This document shows positions 13,441 through 26,220 of a stretch of 64,000 nt of DNA, one piece after another. Source of the DNA: Malacoraja senta. Taxonomy: Eukaryota. The notes beneath the pieces are model-generated. The model saw nothing but the letters and a program-made list of their open reading frames with translations, searched no databases and had not been told where the DNA came from. The stretch spans positions 18,600,001 to 18,664,000 of the forward strand of contig CM075987.1 of assembly GCA_038087875.1 (NCBI GenBank), given 5' to 3'. The position numbers and the translations under genes were made by a program. The number at the start of each line of letters is the position of its first letter. The first letter of the stretch is position 1.

Positions 13441-13601
13441 GTTGTTGATTACCCTCTGAATGCATCAGACAATGCGTATGCCAGGAACAACACACTTGAA
13501 CGCACTCTTTGCAAGTTCTGGCCAATTACATTATTTCCACCTCCCCACCTATCCGACATCTCAAGAGATCACTGACAAAGCAACCTCGACTTCTCTTCCA
13601 G

Positions 13602-13751
13602 AATCTCAACCTCACAGGTTTTTCCAAAATTCTGAAGAAATACGATAAGATGTTCAACGCATCGAAGGGGGCGGGCTGGCAGGCAGCCCTGGTGGAGGGC
13701 TCAGCAATGTACACCAGCAAGAAGATAGACCAGCTAATAAGCGAGGTGGAG
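13602..13751 (+). CDS. XPR1: XPR1-like exon (5), SPX lysine surface cluster
   Basis: ttccag|AAT...GTGGAG|gtaagt; [50 protein letters not shown]. Confidence 0.95.
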
Positions 13752-15160
13752 GTAAGTGCGGGCAGGACTGAAGCGGTCCCTTCTCGTTTGCTAAGAGGCA
13801 GATATGATATCCCCGTTCAGATCAAAGTTCTACCATCACCGTCTCTCTCCAGGGCTACCAGGCAAGAAATTGCAGTCATGCATCCATCTAGGGTTGGGAT
13901 AGACTGCTGCAGGCTTTTACAGGAGTTATCACCACTGTGCTTGTAGCTATAGCACTGGGAGGCGTGATGGGTCCCCAATATACACTGCAGGATGAGATCT
14001 GACCAAAAACATTGCGTCAGACGCAATGAACTGCAGATGTAAGGATTCTTGAGCATTGTGCTTGGAACTTTTGCCTTCTAAAGTTGTGGAAAGTTATAGA
14101 CTCAAATAGCAATTATGCACACCTTTCTAAAAATACCCTAATATTTAAAGTGGAGACACAAAGAACTGCAGATGCTGGAATCTGGAACAAAACACAAAGT
14201 GCTGGAGGTACTCTGCAGGTCAGGCAGCATCTGTGGAGCAAATGGACAGGCAATGATTTGGGTCAGGACCTTTCTTCAAACAGGGCTAGGGGGAGAAAGC
14301 TGGTAAAGAGATGTGGGGGTAAGGCAAAGCCTGGCAAGTGATAGGTGGATATAGGTGAAGGGAGGGGGTGGCTGGCAGATAGGTGGAATAAGTGACAAAG
14401 GCCAGAAGTGAAAAGGAGGCCAAAAGCTCACTGATAAGGAGTGGATGAATGAAATGTTATGCTGGGAGGGAGGAATATGGCAGGGTCTTTTACAAGCACT
14501 GAAGGGAGAATGTGAGGGTAATGGCAGATACAATGGTATTTACATAGAGTGAAGCATGTAGAGAGCGGGTGAGAGGTATTTATAAGGAGTCCAGTGTGCT
14601 AGTATAGTCAGCGAGCTAGCTGCTCAGATTATAGGACACCTAGAGGACAGTTATTGGTGAATATAGCAGAGTATTGATAGAATGCGGCATACAATTGGGT
14701 GGGGCGGGGTATTTGTGGACATTGCCTTGCCATGCAAAGGTGGACGCAGAGTGTTTACAGAATGCCACAGAGGGGCAAAGGAGAAGGTTATTTATGGATA
14801 ACCTGACATACATCTTCTTAAGGCAGACTTCACCCGACTTTGAGCAAGAAACCTTTCTTTGATTTTATGACGTGCAAAACTGAGAAGCAGCTGCCCAAGG
14901 AGCACAGGAGGAACCAACCCTGTCCTGACCCAATGATACCAGACAGAGACACCAGCACGGCCATTGTGGGAACAATCCATACATGCTGATCGCTCCAGGG
15001 CACCGCTGGTAGCTCTTCTAGTGACAGAACCTTGGAGTTCCAGTGCCATAATCTGGGCCATAAACCAGCATCAGAGAGCACAGATACAAAAGTAGAAATG
15101 ATGATACTTGTTACCGGAGTAAAGAGTTTGTTGTACTGAGGATGTAAAATTGTTCCACAG

Positions 15161-15244
15161 TCACTCTACACCAATCAGCTGGCAGGAGGGGACAGAGCAC
15201 GGGCAATGAAGAGGCTTCGGGTTCCACCACTAGGAACAACCCAG
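15161..15244 (+). CDS. XPR1: XPR1-like exon (6)
   Basis: ccacag|TCA...ACCCAG|gtcagg; SLYTNQLAGGDRARAMKRLRVPPLGTTQ. Confidence 0.95.
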
Positions 15245-16940
15245 GTCAGGCATACAATTCATTGATGTATTGGAGCAAGTGTGCACACAGATGTGAGCAG
15301 ATACACGTAATGGAATGACAATGCAGTCATTGTGTTGCATGCATTTTAATGACAGTGAATGTATGCTTTGCATGTCTTACTAACATTGCTTGCTTAAGCA
15401 TTAGAGAATAAGGTTGTGCGTTCTATGTATGTGCACGTGCCTGAGAGTGTGGGCTGGTGATCTTATTTGTGTGTGTCTTTTTGCTTACATGGAGGGGTGC
15501 GGTCAAAGTATGTATATTAGTGTCAAGATTATTGTCATATATGCACCATTACAGCGAGGTACAGGTACAATGAGAATCTTGTTTGCAGCAGTATTACAAG
15601 TACTGACTCAGACAACACAGAAACAAATTTTATATAAATTGCACCAATTCTGTAAGACATCGAAAAGGGAAAAATGGTGTAAAAAATGTAAGGCATTAGC
15701 ACAAAACACAATTGGAAAGCAAGTCCATGGTAGTGCAAGAGGTGATCTCTAGTTTTCTGTTGCTGAGGTAGGATTAGAGTTGTGCAGGTCAGTTCAAGAA
15801 CCTAATGCCTATAAGAAAAGTAGCTGTTCCTGAACCCGATGGTGGGGGATTCAGGCTTCTGTACCTCTTGCCAAACGGTAGCAGCGGGAAGAGGACATAG
15901 TCCAGATGGTGGGATCCTTGAAGATAGAGGCCACCTTCTTGAGGCAGTGTCTCATTAGATGCTCTCAATGGTGGGGAGAATACAAGCTGCTGCCAAATTG
16001 TAGCATGGATTCTGTCCACCCAGAGATATGATAATTATGATCTTCCATCACAAAATGCAGGGACCTCCACGAGCAGCTGTATGTGGCCTTGTTTGGCCTC
16101 AAAGCCGATGAGGTCAAAGCCAATGACTCAATCCATCAGGAGGGATAATGAAACACTTTCTTCACATTCGTTTCCAAATTATTTTATGTTATGCATGCAT
16201 GCCATGAAACTACAGATGAGATAAAAATCTGAGTGAAGCAAGACCATCTCATTGCCACAATTCATCTCACTGTACTGTTCCATCTCATCTTCATGGGAGT
16301 AGAGCTAGTTTTCATATGTAACGCAATCTGGTCAACTGAAGGTTACTGCACTCCACAGCAAGGGTTAGGTGCGCTGCACTATGCAGCTTTCCCTTGCATT
16401 TGCACGCAGTTGGAGACGGAGTCTCAAGCCATCATCAAATCATTCATTGAAGCATGAGTAGATGGGCCTACTCTCAACACCCACAAGGCAAAATATCCAG
16501 GGGAATCAAGGACCAAAGGAGGTAGATTTAATATGAAGGAGGCAAGATGGTGGCATTAGGAACGTGGGGCAACTTGTTCCACTCAGTGGATGGTGGGTCT
16601 ATGGAACGAGCTGTCAGAGGAAGTAGTTGAGGCTGGTACAAAAATAACATTTAAAAGACATTTTTTTAAACATTAAAAAGGGCCCGTTTCATGCTGAATG
16701 ACTATGGCTCTATAAAACCCACCAAAGCTGAGTGGAAGTCATCAAGCCTGCAAAAACACACAAAAAGCAGATGAGATCAGTGCAAGTGTATTATTGCATA
16801 TTAATCTCAGTGTAGGAAATGCAGTTTGTGGTGTGTGCACGTGTTGCTTGAAGACATTATTAATGGATGAAAGAATTACATAAATGGTTGAAGTACTTTT
16901 CCAGTCTCCGCTGGTAATGTCTTGCATTGTGTCCTCTCAG

Positions 16941-17022
16941 CCTACCCCAATGTGGACCACCTTTCGTGTGGGAGTGCAGTGTGGACTCATCGTGGCATTA
17001 TCTGTGCTGATAATCATCAAAG
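16941..17022 (+). CDS. XPR1: XPR1-like exon (7), first transmembrane helix
   Basis: ctctcag|CCT...AAAG|gtaagc; PTPMWTTFRVGVQCGLIVALSVLIIIK. Confidence 0.93.
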
Positions 17023-18040
17023 GTAAGCACTTAGCATCAACCAACCGGGAAAAGGAGCACGGTGTCATTGTGTATTCCAGGGATATTTGTAAACAACACT
17101 ACTGACAGGCTGACATGAATCATTCAATGGTGCAGGCAGATCAAGTGACCAGAACAGACAGGAGCTCCGGTAACACAGGTCAGCACAACTCTGACTTCCA
17201 AAAGTGTAATGAAGAAAAAGAGGCGTAGATGATCACAGGCCCATTTTTTAACAGAGTAACCTAATTTTCCCTAGAACTGCAGATAATGTTATTCACTTGA
17301 TCTCAGGATCAACAGTTCAGAAAGGGAGTGTATTCAGTTATTAGCTTTCTCTGGTGGTCTCCTTTGCAGAAATACTTTCACCAAGTTAAATATTTATAGG
17401 AAAAATGGCACGAAATACCTCAACTTCCAGGCAACTTGCCTGTTTATTCTCGTCACCTGCTTCGGACAGTAATTTAAGGAGCACAGACATTACTTTGGCC
17501 CATTGTGAAGGTTGCTAACTAGAGATGGATGGGCTCCAGAAGGTTTCATCCCATAAGCCCATCATGTTCTCCCAATGATCCATCAGTTTGCCCTTATACA
17601 TGTACCAATCACCACTAAGCCCCCTTCCAGGTAATCAGAACGTGAATAGATTAATCACATGGACAAGCCAATGCCTATGGCCCCTTCATACTGAGGAATA
17701 TGTGGACATTGGGGCGCAGGGTTGCCAAACCTCCAGCATTGACGTCTAGTCTTCAGAAAGTGAAGAGTCGTCTTGTTGATGGGACCACAAACATTTTCCT
17801 CACTTACTGGAAGGAAAATGAGATGGGGATTTTTAAAACTAAAACTTGGCTGTTTTCTTTCATCACTTTCGTCCATTGGCTGCAAGAATGCTGAAGATGG
17901 AAGAAAAAAGATGAGAAACACAAGGAACCACAGATGCTGGAATCTTGAGCAAAACACAAAGTGCTGGGGGAACTCAGCAGGTCAGGCAGCATCCGCAGAG
18001 CAAACTCTAACCGATTACATTGCTGTTTGTTTTCCTCTAG

Positions 18041-18228
18041 GTCTCCATGTATCCCAGAAAGCCAGCGTGTGGCCCCTCCTGCGGGCTTACAGAGGCGGCT
18101 TCATTTTGATTGAGTTTGTCTTCCTCTTGGGAATTAACATCTATGGCTGGAGAAAGGCAGGAGTAAACCATTGCTTGATCTTTGAACTTGATCCCAGGAA
18201 CCACCTCTCCCATCAGGATTTGTTTGAG
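18041..18228 (+). CDS. XPR1: XPR1-like exon (8)
   Basis: cctctag|GT...TTTGAG|gtaagt; [53 protein letters not shown]. Confidence 0.95.
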
Positions 18229-18645
18229 GTAAGTCCGATGAAGCGTTGCATCTCAACGATAGTGAAAGCAGCAGCCTAAACAAGTTCAGAGTACAGAGGG
18301 GATTGAGTCTGGGGTCAGGTGACAGGAGGCGGGTAGAGGTGTAGATGGAGAGAGACTATAAAGTAAATTAAAGCTCAAAGCTAAGTCTGCTCAATAATAC
18401 TCCCCAATGTGGGTTCAGAAGTGGTGGTGTTCCTTTGGTGAACAGGTGGTGGAGAAATTCCTTTCATGATGTGAAAAGAGTTTCAACACTAGACTAGTTA
18501 GCCGGGAAACAAACATTTTGTGCACCATTTCGGCATGTTGTCCTCGCTAGAATCTAATGAGACAGCTTGAGATGAGAGTCAGTGTTAATAAAGTCAAAAA
18601 TAACAGTTTGTAAGTCACCATAAATTTGTGGCAAAATTTGTGGCT

Positions 18646-18900
18646 GTCACGGTGGCGCAGCGGTAGAGTTGCTGCCTTACAGCGAATGCAGCACCAGGTT
18701 CGATCCCGACTACCGGTGCTGTCTGTACGGAGTTTGTATGTTCTCCCCGTGACCTGTGTGGGTCTTCTCCGAGATCTTCGGTTTCCTCCCACACTCCAAA
18801 GACGTACAGGTTTGTAGGTTAATTGGCTTGATAAATGTAAAGATTGTCCCTAGTGGGTGTAGGATCCTGTTTCTGCGCTGTATCTCTAAACTAAACCAAA
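18646..18900 (+). mobile_element. HE1-type tRNA-derived V-SINE with Pol III A and B boxes
   Basis: A box tggcgcagcgg, B box ggttcgatccc, V domain ...ggtttcctcccacactccaaagacgtacagg, tail ctgtatctctaaactaaac. Confidence 0.85.
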
Positions 18901-19423
18901 CTAAACACAAAGTGTTGGAGGAACGCAACAGGTCAGGCTGCATCTGTGGAGGGAATGAACAGGTGACATTTCGGGTCAGAACCTCTTCAGTCTCAGCATT
19001 GAGAAAGGGTGCCACAGCACTCCTGGAGAGAGAACTTACTCAAAGTGGCTATACTTTGAAGATAATTTGATGTGGAGCAGTAAAATGGGGACATAAGGAA
19101 CTGCAGACCCAGGAATCTTGAACAAAACACAAAGTGCTGGAGTAATTCAGCGGGTCCGGCAGCATCTGTGGAGGGAAAGAATGCGATGTTTCAGGTTTAA
19201 CCTTCTTCAGACTGTGAGATTCTCATTAAGGGAAGTAAGCTCTCCGTAACTGATCCAGAGTAAACAGGATTCCAGTTCCACATCAGTGTGCTGGACTATG
19301 CTGAAGGTAGCCAGAGAACTTCTGATTTGTATTAATTAAGGAGTTTAAAGAGCAAAATCTATATCCAACAAAAAGATTTGAAAGTACATCCCTCCCACCA
19401 AATCACCACTGCCTGAGGACCTA

Positions 19424-19758
19424 AGGGCCTGTCCCACTTATGCGACCTTTACAGGCGACTGCCGGCACCCGTGATAGGTCGCCGAAATTTTCAACATTTT
19501 GAAAATTCAGCGGAGACCAGAAAGACGCTACGACTCTTTGGAGACCTCTCACGACCATACAGGCGACATGTCGCGGGTGACCTCTCACGACCATACAGCC
19601 TGTATGGTCGTGAGAGGTCTCCTAAGGTCGTGAGAGGTCTCCAAAGAGTCGTAGTGTCTTTCTGGTCGCCACTGAATTTTCAAAGTGTTGAAAATTTCGG
19701 CGACCTATCACGGGTGCTGGCAGTCATCTGTATAGATCGCGTAAATGGGACAGGACCT
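19424..19758. mobile_element. Palindromic MITE, PIF/Harbinger-like
   Basis: Terminal inverted repeats agggcctgtcccact / atgggacaggacct, flanks cta/tta, long internal inverted arms. Confidence 0.8.
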
Positions 19759-19848
19759 TTACTGGCATGGGAATAGCTGCGATTTTGAGAGCATGTCCTC
19801 AGTAGAATAAGCCCTCATACTGACATCTTGTCACCATCTCTCTTTCAG

Positions 19849-20028
19849 TTGGCAGGTTTCCTGGGAGTTCTCTGGTGTTTGAGTCTACTCGCCTGCCTTT
19901 TCAGTGCTTACATCCACACTCCAATGTCAGTCAGTCCCTTGCTCCTGTATGGTTTCATGGTGCTTCTTCTCGTGAACCCAACCAAAACCTTCTACTACAA
20001 GTCCCGCATCTGGTTATTGAAGGTTCTG
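19849..20028 (+). CDS. XPR1: XPR1-like exon (9)
   Basis: tttcag|TTG...GTTCTG|gtaagt; [18 protein letters not shown]...[18 protein letters not shown]. Confidence 0.95.
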
Positions 20029-20139
20029 GTAAGTACACCAGCAGGCATGGCAAGTTGGGGAAAGCGTGCATACACGTACTGTACGGCCTTCAATGGCTGT
20101 GGGGCAAACCTTCTGAGCCAATAAAGTACTTCTGAAAAA

Positions 20140-20580
20140 GCAAGACAAATTGCTGGAACTCAGCAGGTCAGGCAGCATCTGTGGAGGAAATGGCAAGGCA
20201 ATGTTTTGGGTCGGGACCCTTCTTGAGACTGATTGCGGGGGGCGAGGGGGTAGAAAGCTGGAAATGAGGTGGTGGCGAGGCAAAGCTAGGCGAGTGATAG
20301 GTGGATATAGGTTAAGGGGGGTTGATAGGCAGCTGGGTTGACAAAGGTTAGAAGTGAAAAGGAGACAAAAGGGCATCAGATAAATAGAGAAGAGGAATGA
20401 AATGTGAAGCCAGGCGTGATATAGGTGGAAGGGGGCGGGGGTTGCTGGAAGAGGGGCAGTTTCTAGGGAAAAATGCATGAGTACCAGGGTTGGGGTGGGC
20501 ACAGGAAAGAAGGGGATGGGAATTTGTTAATTAAATTTAGATAATTCAATGAAAAGGTCTCATTATCAAGCTGTGATTCT
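20140..20580 (-). mobile_element. Penelope-like 3' region
   Basis: Reverse-complement similarity to 33290-33740; a related copy lies at about 14150-14470. Confidence 0.65.
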
Positions 20581-20831
20581 CCCTGGGTAAACAATTGCAT
20601 TATCCAGCTATGACGCTGATTCTCCTCAATAACTTGATCTTGGAACATCGACAAGTTCATCCTGATCACATCATCTTGTTTGATGCAAGTGACTATAGAG
20701 AAACAAATTTCGTAAAGGACCTCAGAGTAAAAGATCCTCTCGGAAGTTGCAATCGTGTAGTAGAATTTAACTCGGGAGTGAGAGACATGGGTTTGAAATA
20801 ATCATTTTCCTCTTTGTTTTCTTACAAACAG

Positions 20832-21000
20832 TCCCGTGCAGTAACCGCCCCCTTCCGTAAAGTGAGTTTTGCCGATTTCTGGTTGGCCGATCAACTCAAC
20901 AGCATGGGGCCAATCTTCCTGGACCTCTGGTACTTGATCTGCTTCTATGGATTTGAGTTAAACTGGGAGAGTAACGAGGGTCTCCTGAGCCCACCTGCAG
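20832..21000 (+). CDS. XPR1: XPR1-like exon (10)
   Basis: aaacag|TCC...GCAG|gtgaga; [45 protein letters not shown]. Confidence 0.95.
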
Positions 21001-21917
21001 GTGAGAGATCATGTCAGAACTGAACAGTCGTCTGCAACACCACACACATGACAACAGCGTATTACTGAATAACAGGGATGAAAAGATTCAATGCACAGGG
21101 TTTTGTATTTGTTATCTGACGTTGAACACCAGCATCATCGCCTGAACCACCATTGTCCTTGGTTTTAAAATTGCCCTATTGTGATGTAGCTTAGCAAGTC
21201 CCCATATTATGATCGATTGATATTCAAAGGGTGACTCTTGAACAAGGTCCATGTTGTGTGCAATTGAAAGGAACCTGGATGTTCCGACAAGCAAGATTAT
21301 CTTGTCCTTGGAAATCACAAGGGAGGAATCCATCCAATGTACCAGGGAATCCTACAGATGGTGTTTATCACAATCTCAGGATTGGTTGAGGGCTACAATC
21401 AAGGTCTTGATGGCGGGAGAATGGATCCAAGTCTGGAGTGGTTTGTTTCCTGCTATTCAGAGGAATCACAGACATTCCTCTGCATTTCCAAACTGAAACC
21501 CGTAGCAGGATGTATGGCTGAATATTGTCGTTGTGGTGTTACCGTGGCTAGTTGTTAAGGCTCAGGTTGTGAGCCCAAGATGCCGACAATGGGTGCTCAA
21601 TGAGTGCAGTGTTGCTGGAATGGAAGAAGTTGGGCTTCCTCCTGTCATATGGGGTCTTTTCTAGCAGCAGTGTTGCATAAATTTTACTACTGACCAACAT
21701 TTGCGAGTCTTCCTTCAATCTGAAAGCAAAATACTGCAGCGCTAGAAATTGGGGAGGAAGGGAGGATACCAGACACGCTCAGAGTGCATACTTCAAATCG
21801 ATAACATTCAGAACTTTAAAACAAAATTAGACCAATTGTTCATTAACATGTATAATGAGCGTCCTTCAATTGTCAGTTACATTTCTCATTTCACATCATT
21901 CTTTTTTTCTGGCACAG

Positions 21918-22112
21918 ATAAATTCATAACCAGTGGTAACTCCTATGGAATGACCTGCTTTATCCAATGTATTCCACCCTGGATCAGATTCACTCAGTGC
22001 CTCCGGAGATACAGGGACAGCCAGGATGCATTCCCGCACTTAGCAAATGCTGGAAAATACTCCACGGTTTTCATTATGGTAACCTTTGCAGCTCTGTACT
22101 CAACGGAGAAAG
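21918..22112 (+). CDS. XPR1: XPR1-like exon (11), EXS domain; GC donor
   Basis: gcacag|AT...GAGAAAG|gcaagt; [56 protein letters not shown]. Confidence 0.93.
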
Positions 22113-23435
22113 GCAAGTGAAATCAGTCTGCTGCCATCCTGGTGAGATCTAGTTGCTGTAAAACTCTAATAATCCATCATCTGGCTTACTCACGGATCGG
22201 GAATGTGAGCCAGGGGTCCAGAGTGCAGGTAGGGTGCCCAGGGTCTGGAATGCCACCCTAGCAGTGGTTGGGATCCAGATCACCAGGGTTCAGGAACATT
22301 GGTGTGGGTTTGCAACCAAAGCCAAAGTCCCGAGAGCTTGTACATTTCCTGCTGTTTAAACTCACTGGGTTCACTGGAAAATTTATTGTTCTTATGTGTA
22401 ACATGCAACAGGAGCATGCTTAGATAATAATGAGAGCAATGCCTAATGGTCTGGAAAATGGGCAAGTCTAGCACCAGAGTAGTCCCAAGGGTGTGGGGTT
22501 ATCAAGGTTTTACTATCTCTGGGTTTTCAGTCCATTTTGGATCAATGTAAAAATTGCAGATACCTGTTACTCAGTGCCAGATTGAGAGTGCTGGTATCAC
22601 AGCACTGGGCATGGTTCAGACCTGCTGGTTACCATAAGCACTGGTGCGCCTGATGCCTTCAACATACATCGCCCACTTCTCGCCCAATGTATCTGTCAGC
22701 ACTAAGAATCATATATTACAGAAACAGGCCTTTCAGCCCAACTTGTCCATGCTGATCAAAATGTTCCATCTAAGCTGGGTCCCATTCAAAATCCCTTCAC
22801 AACCTTTCATATCCACGTACCTGTTCAAATCTCTGAAATGCTGTTATAGCACCCGAGTTGAAGTTGGCTCTAAGGATATTTTCTTGGCAAATTGCTGCAT
22901 GGATTGTGAAATAGAGCTGTAGAGTCAGGCAGCACGGAAACAGGCCTTCAGCCCAACTTGTCCAGGCTGACCAAGACGGCCCATCTAGTCGAGTCACATT
23001 TACCTGCGTTTAGCCTTCCCTATCCATGTACCCAGAGTCATAGAGTGATACAGTGTGGAAACATGTAGTTCAGCCCAACTTGCCCACACTGGCCAACATG
23101 TGCAGCTACACTGGTCCCACCTGCCAGCTTTTGGTCCATATCCCTCCAAACCTGTCCTATCCATGCACCTGTCTAAATATCTTCTAAATAATTAGGGCAA
23201 ACATTTTTTGTCTTTGGCAGTGCAGACCTGAAGCTTTGTTGTCTGCAGCAGGTTTAGTTATCAAGGAGAAAGAGTTGTGCTTTCCCCCCCGTTGCCATGG
23301 TTACATGCCGTGCTGTGGCATACCGCTGGATATTAAAAAAGATCACCAACAATCCCTCCCTCCGGGTGTTGCTCAGTAATCTGTTGTTTGTGAAGCTGCG
23401 TGAGTTCTCATGTGCACCTTCCTGATCTCCCTTAG

Positions 23436-23608
23436 AACGCTCGCAGTTGACGGTTGGTGTAAAGGTTTACTTTTACCTGTGGGCCGTGACAACCTGTGTC
23501 AGCACCATTTTCACCATTGGCTGGGACCTGAAGATGGACTGGGGTCTGTTGGACAGGAAGACCAAGGAGAACAAGTTTCTGAGAGAAGACACAGTATACT
23601 ATTACAAA
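23436..23608 (+). CDS. XPR1: XPR1-like exon (12), EXS domain
   Basis: ccttag|AA...TACAAA|gtaagt; ERSQLTVGVKVYFYLW...WDLKMDWGLLDRKTKENKFLREDTVYYYK (this frame is absent from the ORF track). Confidence 0.95.
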
Positions 23609-24034
23609 GTAAGTGCACAGTGATTGAAAGATACAGCACGGGATCAGGCCCTTCAATCCATGCCGACCATCGATCACTTGTTGACACTAATTCATGTTTT
23701 TCCACTATTGCATCCACTCCCTAAACAATAGGAGCGATTTACACAGGTTAATTAGTCTATGAAGCCTGCATGTCTAACCAACTTGCACAAACAAGTTGGT
23801 TAAATACTAAGTAAGCAGAATATTTCTCTTCCAAGTCCTTGCTTTCTTGTGAAGGTGTTATCCAAATTTAGATGAAATCGTGAAATTCCCACATCAGTGT
23901 ACATTTTGTCTATAAGATTTTATACGGCCTATAATTCTGGCACACTGTGTGTCAATGTTCCCATTGTAATCTCCTCAGACCACTGAGTTCAAATCTTCCG
24001 ACCTACCTGTTGACAATTACTGGAGTAACTTTTG

Positions 24035-24385
24035 AAAGGTTTGGATAGAGTCGATGTGGAGAGGATGTTTCCACCAGTGGGGGAGTCTAGGACTAGAGGT
24101 CATAGCCTCAGAATTAAAGGACGTTCTTTTAGGAAGAACCAAAGGACACAGGTTTAAAATACGAGGGGAGTGTGGAGGACATATGGAACAAGGTGGCAGA
24201 GGAGGTAGTTGTGGCAGTACTATAATAGCATTTAACAGATATTTGGATAGATACGTGGATAGGAATGATATAGAAGGATATGGCCCAAATGCAAGCAGGT
24301 GGGGCTAGCATAGATGGGGCATTTTGGTCAGTATGGATGAGTTAGGTGAAGGGCCTGTTTTCATGCTGTATGACTGACTCTATGT
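24035..24385 (+). mobile_element. CR1-type LINE 3' fragments
   Basis: gagtctaggactagaggtcatagcctcagaattaaagg... followed by tail gaagggcctgttttcatgctgtatgact. Confidence 0.75.
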
Positions 24386-25686
24386 TGGCCACCTGTGAAA
24401 TGGAGAACTATATGAATAGCACTTACCATTGGTCACATGGTCTTTGGTGTTCTGGTGTCTACACAGCGTAGGATTTGACACCACATTAAACTGCCAACTC
24501 CATTGAACGATTGGCAAGATGGGTGTGGATTAGTGGATCGGCACGTGCTATACCTTGAGTCTCAGAAAGATGAGCACTGAAACAGGCCCTTCGGCCCACA
24601 GAGCTCATGCTGACCATCAGGCATCAATTTACACTAATTGTATGTTATTCATGTGTTTTATTCCTCCTACATTCTCATCGACTCCCCCAGATTATAGCAT
24701 TTACCTATGGACAGTTTACAGAGGCCAACACGTACCTGGGATGCGTGTTGACCTAGGATGTAGGAGGAAACCTGCACAGTCACAGGGAGAACATGCAAAC
24801 TCCATGTAGCCAACACTTGAGGTCAGGATTGAACCACGTCCGTAACACTGCGAGGCAGTGATGACTGGCTGTGCCAATGTGTCACTCTGAACTGCAAAGA
24901 GAAAAGGCTGATGAGTTAGAGATCACAAGATAGGAGAAAAATGTAAACTTAGTCTGAACAAGGGTTCGACCAGAAACCTTGCCGATCCATGTCCAGCACT
25001 TTGTCTCAGCCTCCCACTAGAGGGTGCTGCTGCTTCAGGGGGAAGCACTGAACAGTGCACTACGGTTTGGTGCTCTGATTGGATAGCATGCAAAACACCG
25101 CATGTCCAGTGTGCGTAACAATAATAAGTCTAAACCTTTTGGGAAAAACCATCGAGATGCTTTTCTCTCACAACTAAAACAAAACATTGACGGCTGGGAA
25201 TTTCTCCAAAAGTATAACAAATAATTAAAACACTTGAAACAATACAAAAGACAAAGAGTTTTAACAATTAAGTACATTAAAATATTCAAAAAAATGTGAC
25301 CTGAAACTTGCCTCTTCCTCTGAACCATCGAACTCAATTGGTACAGGTTTAGCAAGAAGAGTCTCCTGCAATATAACTGGGGAAACTGCTCTGTAGCTGG
25401 ATTCATGGACGATCCATCATCAGATAGATGACCTCTCAGTAACTTGAGTAGCTCTCAGAAAACACTTCGATTGCCCACCTGACTTGGACATAAAAGGATA
25501 AAAGCTCAATGAATACGGATGGAAAACGCATTAGGTTACATTGGTAGAGATACCAGTTGTCAGGTGGCAGACATATAAGTGGAGCATAAATCAGCATAGG
25601 CCAGATATTTTATGCATCTTTTACAACTGTGTCAGTCCTTTCCACTTTGAGAACCAATTTTAAACTGGATTCGCTCTGCTCACTAG

Positions 25687-25823
25687 GTCTACTACTACGG
25701 TGCCATGATTCAGGATGTGATACTTCGTGTTGCTTGGGCCCTTAACATCTTGTTCACTAATACCAAACAATCGGAGGTGGCAGAAATCATCTCAACTACC
25801 CTGGCTCCGCTGGAGGTCTTCAG
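25687..25823 (+). CDS. XPR1: XPR1-like exon (13), EXS domain
   Basis: cactag|GTC...TTCAG|gtaaga; [23 protein letters not shown]...LAPLEVFR. Confidence 0.95.
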
Positions 25824-25939
25824 GTAAGATGCAATGTCATTCCCACAGGCATAGGAAGTTAAGTTCAGGAAAGATGATTGTGACTGCTGCAGGAAATGCT
25901 GTATCACATTCATATGTTTAAGATCATTGTCCTATTCTC

Positions 25940-26220
25940 ATTAGTTCATAAATTCTCAGAGCATAATTAGGCCATGGCTAATCTATCTTTCCATCTTCAA
26001 CCCCATTCCCCTGCCTTCATCTCATAACCCCCGACACCCTCGTTAATCAAGAATCTATCAATCTCCACAGCCATCTGTGGCAATGAATTTCACAAATTCA
26101 CCACCCTCTGACTAAAGAAATTCCCTCTCATCTCCTTTATAAAAGGTACATCCTTTTATTCTGAGGCTATGGCCTCTGGTCCTAGACTCTACCATGAGTA
26201 GAAACATCCTCTCCACATTC
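25940..26220 (-). mobile_element. CR1-type LINE 3' fragment
   Basis: Similar to 50390-50720. Confidence 0.7.

Noticed and set aside
17773-18040. N-terminal extension of ORF 17773-18279 as coding
   Set aside because: Runs through a Penelope-like tail and the intron acceptor; only 18041-18228 is XPR1-like.
18646-18715. tRNA gene
   Set aside because: A and B boxes belong to a SINE head that continues into a V domain and LINE-like tail; no full cloverleaf.
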